From the NCBI GenBank assembly GCA_964304625.1, contig OZ199840.1, forward strand, positions 7,105,435 through 7,169,434: a stretch of DNA of 64,000 nucleotides. Reading direction: 5' to 3'. A program made the translations under genes and the position numbers. This document shows, piece by piece, positions 13,851 through 25,926 of the stretch. The notes under the pieces are model-generated. The model did no database searches, was not told the origin of the DNA, and worked only from the letters and a program-made list of their open reading frames with translations. The DNA is from Kudoa neothunni (taxonomy: Eukaryota; Animalia; Cnidaria). How positions within the stretch are numbered: the stretch's first letter is position 1; each line of letters starts with the position of its first letter.

Positions 13851-14070
13851 TTTGATATAGTGAGAGTTTCGATTGGTAAAAGAAACTATTATATCTGATG
13901 GATAGATCTTTTAGGCAACCACGGTTACGACATCTGAAACTGTATCCATCTGGATATCGTGGTTGAATCGTCATATCCATTCTAAATCCACAAATGAATA
14001 CTCTCTCTAGACAAAAGTCCAATTTCAACAGTCCCTCCTTCTTATCTTTGAGATATGTTATTTCTTCAAG
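13846..14070 (-). pseudogene. Merlin (IS1595/ISXO2-like) transposase N-terminal fragment
   Basis: C..M......DGYSFRCRNRGC...SIRYNSFFYQSKLSL zinc-ribbon motif. Confidence 0.7.
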
Positions 14071-14373
14071 TTTGGTTCATCCAAATTATCAGTTGAATAA
14101 ACAGCGGGAAGCACTCGTGGTTTTGGGGACTCGTGCGCCCTCGGAATCGAAAACACCCGATTGTTTTGATGTAAACTTTGGTCATCTTTTTTGTTCATCA
14201 ATTCAAACCGCTCTTTCACCTCTATATCAAAATCCAATTTTCCTTCCTTTGGGAGTTGTTATTACCTTTGAATAGAACAATCAGGCTAATATCAACTTTA
14301 GATTAAATTAATCCGGATAATTTCTCGTTCTAGCGCGCAATGCGTAAGGAAGGGATTATATTAATCGTTAAAT

Positions 14374-16260
14374 TTATATATAGATTTTATAACGCAATAG
14401 TTTCCTCTTATATGTTTGTCGACAAAATTTGTCTTGAATATATATATATATATATATATATACATATTCCGCCAAATAACTTAGAATAAGATTGGGAGAT
14501 TTATTGCGGACATGACTGAACTTCCTTTTACATGCTCCGCAAGTAGATTCAATGCGATTCGTATGCACTCCTTCAGAGAAGACGAATTCTTTATTATGAT
14601 TCATCATCTTGTGCAGATAGCCATACTCATCCAATTTTCGATACCCTTTCCAAGAGTCTGACCAAATTATGGAACTTGGGTAAACATTTTTCGGCACTGG
14701 TGGTGAAAGTGGACCGTGCGGAATCGTAATCCGGTGATAATTTGTTAATCTTAAATTTGCGCCCACAGCAAATAAATATACATTTATACACTAAGAAAAA
14801 GTTTCTAACGCTATCTAAGTTAATACATTATCCATAGCCGATATATCATCACTGGCGTACATTTCACGCCACAAAAACTCGTCAAGATGACTTGCGAGAG
14901 TGGAAGTTTGGATGCCTGCCATCCTTTTGAATTTCCTCTTACAATTTTTCCAGTAACATTCCACATGGTTAGTATGGACTCCTGTTACTGGATCTTTAAA
15001 ATGCTTGGAATGATTCACTGTAGAGTGTTGATAGGATGGATCAACAGGAATATTTTTGATTTTATTATATGACGGCCACTGGTCAGAATGTATGATGCCT
15101 CCCGGCTTAATAAATCTTTCCACATAATGTGGAAGTGTATCTTCAGTTCCATCCCCAACAAGCACAAGGAAGCCCCGCTTTTCAACAATGTCTTATCCAC
15201 CGAAAACCCACCTCTTCTTAGGCCATCTCCCTACATTATTTTTTGCTTTGGCCATCAATGATTCATCTATCTGAACAATGTGACCGGTACCACCAACTTT
15301 GTAATCATCCTTTATCAGTGTTCTAGAGCAAACGTCTCTAAAATACTGATACGATCTAATAATGGTCTTCTTATCCAGAGAAAATTCCTCGCTGGCCTTG
15401 AAAACCGGTCGTTCAACGCTCAATGAGTAGCATACTTTTACAAAATCTTGAAAACTTAAATTCTAATTCTCAAGGAAAGTGTCATTTTTTAATGATGTTT
15501 TAACGTTTTTATGAGTTGGACATTTATATATTTTGGAGCTGCGATATATGATGGTACTCATTTGTCTGCCACAAGTTGTGCATAATGGTGGATTTTGTTT
15601 CAGAATATTTCTACTCTTCAAAAATTCAATCCTGGCGTCTTCTGATACTGTTATCGATGAAATAAAGTCAAAACTCATTTTCGCGCGATTAAAAGTTGTG
15701 TAATCACTTAATCGGAGTCCACAATTCGTCACCAGTGCCCATTTTTCATAATAAATTCTGCCAGAGTGCTATGATCCCTTTTCAAGGTTAATTCCATAAT
15801 GATGTTACCCTCTTCATCAATTCCTCAAAAAACTCATAGATCTTGATTTGCAGGTATCCGTCCAACATTATACTTTCGTTTGCAAATTAGGGTTTCATCG
15901 ATTTGGACGATTATTCCAGCGCCACCAATTTTCCTTTAATTAATAAGAAGATAATTGGTGTAGATGTCTCTAATAAAGTTTTTCCAGTCGACTATTGTGT
16001 TAGATGATATTGAAAATTCTTTATCAATAAACTTGTGTGAAGAAACATCATAGGAATAATAAAATATCAGTTTTAATATTATATGAAGTCTCAGATGACT
16101 ATTTTGGAAAATGAGTTTTTCCGGACAGTTTCTTGCTTTTTGCAATCTGGGCAAAAATTAACAAATCCATCGGTTACCTGGTGTCTTTTCATTAATATCA
16201 TGTGAATACCGCAACATATAGTTTATCATCTATCATGCCAAAATAGCAGAATAACTTGAC
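14374..16260 (-). pseudogene. outer Merlin transposase, split by an inner Merlin
   Basis: TIVDWKNFIRD, GGAGIIVQIDET and, across the insertion, RDHSTLAEFIMKN|VYPSSIIWSDSWKGY...NHNKEFV..EGVHTNRIES. Confidence 0.85.
14693..15739 (-). mobile_element. complete 1047-bp Merlin element
   Basis: TIR GGCACTGGTG(G/A)(T/C)GAA(A/TT)GTGG and perfect 8-bp TSD CATTTTTC. Transposase 15678-14815 lies in one frame (VQIDES, WVFGG, IHSDQWPSY, VNHS, HTNHVECYW) with two nonsense codons. Confidence 0.95.
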
Positions 16261-16689
16261 ACAATATTCATAACATATAAACCCAATAAAATCTAGTTTA
16301 TTTTAGTTAGACGTAATTAAACAAAATCTATCAATTAAAAAAATATATGATATAAGTTTATAATGTTTTTATCATTAAATTGGAGAATTATATATAAACG
16401 AATATTTTGGATAGAGTTAAAATTTTTTAACCATCTGTTGATTCAAAAGTCGTAATATTCGTAGTTATGAACAAAAATCATTACGTACGAGCCATAATTA
16501 CGCATGACAATTAAAATACATAAAAACTATTATCGATATTTTTATTTTTCTAAAGTCAAATTGAGGCACCATGTTAGTTTTGTTATAAAGTTTATAGGGT
16601 CCAAATTAAATTTTCTATATATTTATTATTTTATGTTTTATTGCGATATTACGCACAACCCATAAGTCACTGTATCTACAAAGATAGTA

Positions 16690-17168
16690 AAAATGGCTGA
16701 ATGTTAAGGACCTAACATCATGCCTGAAAATTATGCATCGCGCTGTTGTCAAACTTCCAGAGTTACAAAAAAGTCTCGCACAATGTGACTTCACACTAAC
16801 CATTGCAATTGTGGATCTCTCGCTAATTGACGGAACCATTTCAGAAAATTTAAAAATGAAATTTATTGAACGCTGCTTTGAACGACGCACCATTTAGTCT
16901 GGTATATTTATGTATTTTAGCTTCGATTCAAACATTTGTGAAAAGAATTTATTCTACAGAAGATCGTCAAATTTTTTTAGCTAATATAAAATTGAATTCT
17001 ATCTTAAAATAATTCAAAATTTGGGCTTAAAAAGTATTTTTAACCAAAGAATGACCGAAGTAAGATTTCTTTCTATCACATTTTTACATTTTTCTGCGTG
17101 CACAAGAGTTAACATTGATAATTGAAAAAATTATTTACAAAACCAAAACCAAACCGTCATAACTCCAA
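16690..17168 (+). mobile_element. deleted 3' remnant of the hAT family at 24358-27845
   Basis: High similarity to 26935-27220 and to the right end (AAACCGTCATAACTCC). Confidence 0.8.
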
Positions 17169-17329
17169 ATTATATATTTAAAAGTCAGAGGCTATTTACT
17201 GATATGGTAAAATTTAATCCTAAACGGCATGTTCGCTTGCGCAATGGGAATTTTTTTCTCAGCAATTCTTACTTACAAGCTGTTTACAGTTTTAATTTTT
17301 TAGAACCTGCCATACTTAATTGTAAAAGC

Positions 17330-17820
17330 CTGGACAATATGGGACATAGTAGTGTTAGGTCGAGATCGCATACCATGAGGTTGTGAGTTCGAAGCCTAAG
17401 TCCGGGCGTTCCTGTACTCCTAATTTGAAGTTACGTAGGAAGGCTGTAGTAATCGCAAGGATCTACGATTTATCATGGTCCTACTTTCAGCCGGGAGGGG
17501 AGCCTGGCGGATGGATAGAACTCGGATGCTCATAAACTCCGGAGCACAGGAACAAAATAAAACCCAATTGGGGTTTCCATAGATCCAACGCCCGCATTCA
17601 GACGTTTAACTCAGACTAATTCTGGGTTAGTCCAGGATATGATTTTGGTGGTGGTTGTTACGAAACGAGGATGTTTAGTGGGTTAAAATCTCACACTACC
17701 GCATAAACGTAAGTCGTCTTAATATGGCGTTGCGGTGCTTAAAGCCGTAAATGGAGAAGGCCTAAACAATCCGAACTTCACAACCTAACAAGTTACACCA
17801 GGGGTTTGGTCTTGTAAACA
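17330..17820 (+). mobile_element. probable tRNA-derived SINE
   Basis: GC-richer non-coding island with A-box-like TAGTAGTGTTAGG and B-box GTTCGAAGCC (~17348-17397). The TTTAGTGGGTTAAAATCTCACACTACC motif (~17675-17700) resembles 3' tails of R1-type LINEs and partner SINEs. Confidence 0.55.
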
Positions 17821-18049
17821 AAATTTAATCATGTGAGGTAAAAATCATAAAATACTTCCTTTTCCTTTACTGTGACACATATCACCAACTATATTAAATT
17901 GTAAATATTGTATTCTCAAACAAATAATCACGTTTATGGAGGGGGCGAACGATAAAAACGTCATCATGATTCTTAGTTATTTTTCTCAGTAGATTAATAG
18001 ACCTTATAGATTTATTAAAAAATTCCCCACAAAATTCAGGTCATATTAG

Positions 18050-18850
18050 CTAACATCACTGGAAAATTGTTTTTCATTTTATCGTCCGTCCGAATGTTTT
18101 TATTTTAAATTGTTCTTGTCAATAATGGTTGAAACATTTTATTTATTCTCTGTTATAGGAAACAAATTTAAAAACCTCTTTCTGTATTAACTTTGCCGTC
18201 GATAAATACAACTTTTCTTAATAAAGTATAATTTTTGTGATTATCGAAATTTTAATTATTTACATTTTATAATGATAATACAAAGATTTTCGTCGGAAAT
18301 CAACCATATATTTCAGTATATAAACATGCTAGAACTCCTCTTTTTCCATTCCAACCTGAAAGTATACAATGGACGCTAAAATTACTGTTAAGCGAAAAAA
18401 TAATTATATATATATCGACCAGTCTAAAGAGATAATATGCTTTTTTATCGAACTGTTTAAAACAGTATGATAATTACACTTGATTTTGATGGACTCAGGA
18501 TGATGCACAAATGTAAATTTTTTCTTCTTCAAATTTTTCTAAAACTTCCAAAAAATTAAATTAAATAATTTTAGATAACACGTAAATATGAATAAAATAT
18601 GTGAAGTAGTTTTAGAGACATTCATTCCCTGAGATATAGCCACTTTCTATTTAAAACCTATTATCTTTTAAAAACTAAATTCATTTTAGTTTTATGCAAT
18701 TTTGAATGTATGGTAATTGACACAAAAACCTCGAACGGGCCAAGCAGGATAAATAATTATACTTTACAAAAACACAAACATTACATATTTTTAAAGTTAA
18801 ACCTGTGGCTCATTTAACATAATAGAGTCGTTCTGAAGAAAATCATTTAA
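18050..18850 (-). CDS. possible multi-exon host gene, product unknown
   Basis: Short open segments (e.g. LKKKKFTFVHHPESIKIKCNYHTVLNSSIKKHIISLD; KVVFIDGKVNTER) alternate with ~40-nt GT..AG AT-rich spacers. A full frame could not be assembled. Confidence 0.3.
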
Positions 18851-18994
18851 AATATTTTTAAGAGTGAGAAAATAAAAAAAAGGCTGCCAAACATTAAAAA
18901 TACATTATAATTTACAGATATATAATAATATCGCTAAAGTTTACAAAAAATTTTATTACGCTTAAATTTATGATCATTTAGAATGGGAGCTAGC

Positions 18995-19695
18995 CTAACT
19001 AGACGTTGGTTCTGAATTTTCTTCATCAGAAGAGGATGGTGGAAAGACATCTTGAATTGATCTAAAACAGATTAAAAATTGCAGTAATGTACAATGCTAC
19101 TTTTTTTCTACTTGCTGATGCAATCTAAAATATTCAGGCCATTGCTTATCGTGGATCAGATCGCGGATATGCTTTTCATAGAGAACAGCTATCAAGATGC
19201 CTTTAATTTTGTCTCCTTCGACAACAGGCTCAGACGCAATAAACATGCCAACACTGATGTATATAACATTTCGAAATTTATTAGGTATGCTAATGAATAC
19301 AATCTCGCTCTTCTCAGTTTCAACCTTTAATAAATAATTTGCACAAACTTCAATCACCTAAAATATAGACTTGATTTCAAATATCGAATAGAAAATATTT
19401 CCCCGTTTTATAAAAAAAGTAAAAGCGTTAAAGTTTTTGAGGGGACTAAGGAAAGGAAACAATGGCCAAAACAAGGATTATTTAATATCTACCATTTAAT
19501 TGTCCATTAAGTGAATCTTATAAATAAATTTAATAAAATAAGATAGGAACGAAATTTTATGCCTACAAAATAAAAAACCAAAATTAAATCAATTACCTTT
19601 GATATAAAATCATTTGTTTTTCTGGAGTAATATTCATAAACCGATTTTTTCAATAGCCTTGAAGAGTTGCTGTTATGTATAAATTTGCTAGGCAT
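18995..19695 (-). CDS. EIF1AD: EIF1AD-like RNA-binding protein (eIF1A/S1 domain); exons 19695-19597, 19357-19101, 19061-18995
   Basis: NYLLKVETEKSEIVFISIPNKFRNVIYISVGMFIASEPVVEGDKIKGILIAVLYEKHIRDLIHDKQWPEYF fits the EIF1AD pattern. GT-AG introns keep the frame, and the acidic tail reads FPPSSSDEE. Confidence 0.85.
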
Positions 19696-19903
19696 TGTTA
19701 ATTGTTTTTCTAATATTTATACAAAGCCGTCTAGATGCGTAACGAAAGTTTAGAGGTTGAAATAACTCCAAAAGCAGGTTGTCATTATTGCGCAAGCGTG
19801 ATTCTTTGTGACTATAAATCCGGCTTTTTGCGTTGTCAGTTGCCTGAGGGTGGTGCCATACGGTTTAGCGCTCATTATTATTCACCATTGCTGTTGTTTC
19901 AGA
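19696..19903. promoter_or_regulatory. compact bidirectional promoter between EIF1AD and DNAJC9
   Basis: 208 bp separate the divergent ATGs. On +: TATAAAT at 19813, Inr-like TCAGTT at 19836, and a candidate 40-nt 5'-UTR intron 19863-19902. Confidence 0.55.
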
Positions 19904-20808
19904 ATGAAATTCAGTGAAGAACTAAGTGAATTATTCAACACGTGGGACTTATACGAAATATTTCACATTGATAAATACGCGGATGACGAGACCATAAAGC
20001 GATCCTACAAAAGAATGTCTCTCATCTACCACCCAGACAAGTGCAAAGGGGAAAAAAACCTTGAGAAAAACACAAAAATTTTCCAGGCTTTATCAAAAGC
20101 CCATAAAATCTTAACCAACCCCAAGCATCGTAAATATTTTGATGATACCGGAGAGATTGACGATATAGCATGCGAGAGTTTGTTTTCCGCAACGCTTGAT
20201 AGCATAGAAGAATGGCAAGCGTATTGGAGAGCTTTGTTCCCGAAGATAACTATCGATGCTATAGTTCATTTTGAAAATGAATACAAAAATAGCTCGGAAG
20301 AAAGAAAAGATCTTGTTGATGCCTACCTGAAATACCGTGGTAACATGGATCTAATAATGGATACGATCATGTGTGCAACTGCCGAAGATGAAGACAGATT
20401 TAGAGACATTCTTCTCGAGGAAATCCAACATGGGAATATCCGAAAATTCAACCGCTTTATTAATGAGCCAGTGGTACGTAAAGACAAACGACGTAGAAAA
20501 GTTTTAAAAAATTTTGTACCAAATAGTTTTTAATTATTCTATAGTTTCTAAAAGAAGAGAAAGAAGCTCAAAAGTTAATGAAAAATAGGAAGGATTCCAA
20601 TCTTTTAGCAACAATGATCCATGCTAACCAGGAGAAGAGAGAAAACGCCTTCAGTTCCTTTTTGGATAATCTAATGCTAAAATACGGTGCCGATAGTGAT
20701 GACTATAGCGACGATGAGATATCCATTCATAGCACTTCTCTGATTACCATGAGTACTGTTAGCAAACGCGCAGGAAAACGAAACAAAAAAAGACGTTCCA
20801 AGCATTAA
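19904..20808 (+). CDS. DNAJC9: DnaJ subfamily C member 9 (histone H3-H4 co-chaperone); exons 19904-20500, 20545-20808
   Basis: J-domain with HPD, then WQAYWRALFPKIT...FENEYKNSSEERKDLVDAY...GNMDLI...DEDRFRDIL. The 44-nt phase-0 intron joins to FLKEEKEAQKL...FLDNLMLKYG. Confidence 0.92.
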
Positions 20809-21767
20809 TTATATAATTTTTTGTGTAATATTCGTTGTTCGTTATCGCATATTTTGTTACGATGGAAACATTTTTTAAATCAGTATTCCCATTTAACCAC
20901 GAGAGGTATGTTCCAAGACATATTAGGGGGTATTGCGAATAGGAGGTGGATATTGGTAAGATAAATAATATTCAATTATCATTAGTTTTGGCTATATTTA
21001 ATATTTCTAGGACGTAAGAGCAAGGCGGCGTGACACAATTAATGTAATATAGCAGATTCTAACAAATAAAATCTGTATATGCTTTTTCAATAAGAGTTGT
21101 TGGGATCAAAAATTTAAATTATGCAAACGTACATGCCGTTTATGACAGGATGTCCAAAGCTTAGGACAGCGGCTCTTAACCTGGGGTCCGAGAACGAATC
21201 GAAGCGGCCCGTGCGTGATTTAAATAAAATCTGAATCCAATTTTATCATCATACTTTCATTATAATTAAGTATTTTTAAACATTAGCGTAATGGTTAAAT
21301 ATTTCAAATATACGCTTGCTTAATTGTTTTTTTATACATATTTTATATTTGTTACAAAATTTATAAAACAAGAGTTATTCAATAGCTTATTTAATAAAAA
21401 CTGAAAATTTCCAAAATATACTTCTTAGTGTTGCATAGTAAGCAATTAGATTGATTACTCCTTGTATAACAACCTATTATTGCGAAACTAGATTTCCATG
21501 CGAGTTTCTCTCAAATACTTTTCAGAATTCTGTGAACTTATTGATAAAAAGAAACTACAAAAATCTCAGTAAATATTTTTTTAACGTCTATTATTTATAA
21601 AAAAGTAAGATTTTTGCATTAATCCCGCCGTCTACTATATAAAAATTCCTTGTTTATTACAAGAACATTTTTCATTCAGAAATTTTGTATGTATTTTACT
21701 TTTAAACATTTATCCATGTATAGATAATAACTCAAAAAATTTAATTTCATTTTTTATTATATTATTA

Positions 21768-23593
21768 CAGTCGAGATTGGATATTGCGTGGGTTTTTGGG
21801 ACCGGCAAAAAACCACGCAATAAAAAGTTTTTACGCAATATCCGGTCTCATGCGTGCGCGTCACATTGTAAAATACGATTTTCTTGTGCGTACGTTTGGT
21901 GATTATTCCTACAAACAAATATTATTAAAACAAAGCTAACGTAGAGTTATTAAATGTCGTCAAAAAATCTTGTGATTTTTGTATGTCGAAATCTTTCTAT
22001 TGATATTTTTTAAATTCTGTCCGTTGTGGGATATTAATCAAACAATATTGATGGATCCTTTTGAATTAAAACTTTCATTAAAATGTTAATCATATTTTTT
22101 ATTTATTTTATTAAACTTTTGACTTCTTTAATAATTGGTTCGATATCATCATCAAATATATTTTCGTAAACTTCAAATTCACTTAATACGATTAATTATG
22201 TATGCATAAAATATTTCTTTGTGAATTGTTTCTGGATCGAGATATCTTTCTTAAATCCTCTTGTTTTATAAACCGATTCAACTTTTTTATTAGAGTTTTA
22301 TATATTACTACCAAGCATTTTTGATTTTTAAAACAATTAAATATAATTTCTGGCGAAATAATCTCCCAATATTTAATTAACGGCGTGATTGAGTTTAGTA
22401 ATGTTTATTTTTCGATGATAAAGCTTCACATAAAACCATATGCTTAGCCAGTGTATTCCTGCCTTATTTTTAATGCATTTTATGATGCTTAAATTAAGGT
22501 CTGTAGAATATTGGTTGTTTTTATGGTAGGAAAAAATTTCAATATTCTGTAAAAACCAATATTTTGTGGATCCAGAGGATATTGACCAACAAAATTAAAA
22601 CTTTTCTATTCTCATTTATCATTCTTTGGTTCAACTTTCTAATTATGTTTATAAATCTACTACACATCATCCGTGTGTTTTCTGAATAATATTCACGTGG
22701 CAGATGTTTAATTCAGTTAAAACATCCATTCTTTTTTTTGATATTTTGTCCCTTATATTCCGACTTCATCCTTTAAAACATAACTAACGTTTTGTAACTG
22801 CTCACAAAAGAAGGGAAGTTTCATCAATGTTTATAACGTCTTTAAGACCATATGCCTTAACCAAATCAATGCTTTCAACAATCCATGAGTCAATCGACGA
22901 AATATCTGCATTCGCAGCCTCACCATGAAACATTTTGAAAGCTATCCCATATTTTGATGTGGTATCTGAAAAACACCCTCAACTAGACTTTAAATTGGAA
23001 ATTTCTTGTTTATTTGCAATATATAAAGCAATTTCGATAAAAACACATCCCAGCAGAACATTATCATTCGACCATTGTTTAACCATCCAATCATACAGTT
23101 CACATCTGTATTTTTAATTTCCCCGAAAAATGTGCCTTCCTTTTAGTTTCAATATCCATAATGTTGAATTTATCTTTGTGTGAACAAATTCTATCAATTT
23201 TTAAATGACCTTAAACGTGACAATGTATTAATATTCAAAATAGATCACCACATCATTCAACTCAAACTTAGAAATTGTTATTTTCTCACAACTGTCAATA
23301 TTTTTATCGAATTATAATAATCAATGACTTCTCTCTTCTCCTAATTATAACGTTTTTAACGGGAAATAATGAAGAAAACACTTCTATTTTTAAATAGATG
23401 GGTTACTAAAACCACGCAATAAAAAGTTTCTTCGCAATAACGAGACTTTATATATAAGTAATAAATTTTCTTATTTTTTAATGTTAAGGATGTTTACAAA
23501 ATGACAAAATAATAACAATACAAAAAAACTAGGTTTCTCTCTAAAAAGAATAACGCCGAAAGTTTTGAATTACGCAATATCCAATCTCGACTG
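21768..23593 (-). mobile_element. pogo/Tigger transposon, degenerate
   Basis: Perfect 22-bp TIR CAGTCGAGATTGGATATTGCGT with TA TSDs. Remnant FKMFHGEAANAD on the minus strand at ~22910-22940. Confidence 0.9.
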
Positions 23594-24499
23594 TATTCAT
23601 CATAGTCTATATTTTGTTAAAATTTTGGTAATTTAAAAAAAATTACAAGGAATGGAATGTCGATAAAATCGACAAATTTGAAAATAAGATTAGCGTACGA
23701 TCATAATTTAAACTAGATCATCTTATTTTTGTGACAGTTCTATCAGCGCTAAGTATATTCGACAGGAAAGAAAGGAATTCATAGTTTTTATTTTTTTTAA
23801 TACCAGAAATAATTAACGTATTAGTGATTAAAAATTTTTAATACATTAAAAAAAAAACACTAGATAATTAATTTAAAGAAAATATTCTAATAAAAATGGG
23901 GGTATTAGATAAATAATTCTAATTTTTCCTTTCGTTCCCAAATTTTTCTTTTTCATCAAGAATTATTTAAATTAAATCAATACTAAAATTATACACAATT
24001 TTAAGTTTATTTCTTGTTGACCCCAGTGATTTTTTACTTATTATTATATTTTTTTGGCAAATTAAATGAGCTTTGTAATTAATGCATTTAATATAACTAG
24101 ATTAACCTGTTAAAACTTTATACAGCGAATACATTATCAATAAAAATTACAGATTTGAATCAAAACAAAAAATTTTCATTAATATATACCAGACAACACA
24201 CCATACTTTTATTTTTAAAGTTATTCACAGGGGATCCCGACATTGAAACAATTTTTAAACAGAGAAAACACAGAAGATCATGCTTCTCCATTAAGCACAT
24301 TTTCCGGAGAACTTCGCGGAGCTTAACACTAATCTGAGATTAAAGTGTGATTATAATTAGGGGTTAAGATCGGTTCGGTTTTTGGCAAAACCGATTTTAA
24401 AAATCTATTTTTTAATTGTTATAATTTAGCTTCTATTTTCAGTTGATGCCGAATTTTAAACAAAGAATCACTAAAATAAGTAATCAATCACATTTTTAG

Positions 24500-25795
24500 T
24501 AATAGTAAAGTATGCGGAACCTAAAAAACATCTCCTTATACATATTCTTTCGCATTTCTTTTTTCACGATTCTGGATAATAAAATAAAAGAATATGAAAT
24601 GCAAAAATTTAGCTGAAAATAATAACTTCAAAATTTTGAGAATTATTTATCCGAATGTGGTCGGCTACACGTGTAATCTCCATCTTTTTTTTCATCTAAC
24701 ATTGAATTTTTGTTTCCATCTTAGTTATTAACTCAAAAGTTATTTATTATTACTATTTAGATTTTTTGCTTTTAATATCTAACAATTTTATAAACTAACT
24801 TGGAAAATAAACTATTTGCAAATTTCATAAAAACATCTCATTTTTCGCTAAGATAAAAATACTTTATAAACTTTCAAATATCGATGTCAATGTATTAAGA
24901 TTTGTTTTAGTTTATAATTTTTTAAATTCAATTTTTTTCGAGAAATTAAGAAACCTAATTTTTAAAAATGATAATATTAATTTGTTTTACCTTGCAGTGT
25001 TTGTATAATATTGGAAAAAAATTAATAATCGATATTTTTATTTGTTTTAAGTTTTTTTATATGTCAAAGTTTGGTAACAAATAATTCTCAAAAAAATGCG
25101 AATTGAGAATATTACGAGATATAAAGGTATATGTGTTAACTAAAGTTATTAATATCAGTCCACGTAAAATTCCCTCTAATAAAAAAATAACATCATATAA
25201 TCGACCTCAAGATATTTATCTTTTAAAATTAAATGCTTATCTTTAATATAGTGTTGATTTATTTAAAAAAATTTATCAGTTCTATTGGAGATTATAACTA
25301 TTATATAAATTAACGGCGGCTTCACCATCTTGTTAAGTAAGCTCTATATTGTTTTACTGTCGGACCTGAACGAGCCGCGTGTGTGTTTATTCTAAGTCTG
25401 AGTGAGCGTGAAAGAAAACACAAGTTATAAGAAAATGCATTTTGAGAGCACGTGGTTAAGTTCTTGTTTAAAACCATTCATATTTAAAAACCAATAAAAA
25501 CATGTACAGATAAATTTAACATCGTAAAAATTTTCTTGTATACAATAAAAAATACGAAATGAAACAGATTTACGAATGATTTTCAAAACGAGTTAGAGAA
25601 CAATTCAATGTTTGTTGAAAGAAGGTGGAGGTTACACGTGTATCCGACTGCGTTCGGATGAAAAATTCTTATAATTTTAAAGTCATTATTTTGAGCTGAA
25701 TTTTTTATCTCCGTATTCTTTCATCTTATTATCAAGAATCGTGAAAAACATGCACAAGAGGACGTTTTTTAGGTGCCGCATACTTTAATATTACT
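24500..25795. mobile_element. non-autonomous foldback-like element with ~200-250-bp TIRs
   Basis: TAAAGTATGCGG... at the left end is inverted at the right end (...CCGCATACTTTA). No ORF; ends approximate. Confidence 0.8.
25283..25422. repeat. candidate solo LTR (140 bp)
   Basis: Absent from the sister copy at ~36575. Ends ...ACACA, has near-TSD AGTTC/AGTTA, and AATAAA on the minus strand. Confidence 0.45.
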
Positions 25796-25926
25796 AAAAA
25801 TATGTAACTGATGCAGCATTTTAAAAAAATAAACTAGTTTTTAAAATATTAAAGGGGTAACAAAATTTTTTGATAGTGGCACGTGCTTAAATAGGGAATA
25901 AGTTTTTTTCGTCCGTAATTACGGTG

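Noticed and set aside
17340-17410. tRNA gene
   Set aside because: A B-box is present but I could not fold a cloverleaf; treated as a SINE head.
19808-19903. N-terminal hydrophobic extension of DNAJC9 in the ORF track
   Set aside because: It starts at a non-ATG codon and overlaps the promoter and probable 5'-UTR intron. Homology begins at ATG 19904.
21166-21215. hAT MITE left end CAGCGGCTCTTAACCTGGGGTCCG
   Set aside because: No matching right TIR or TSD found, so the element could not be delimited.
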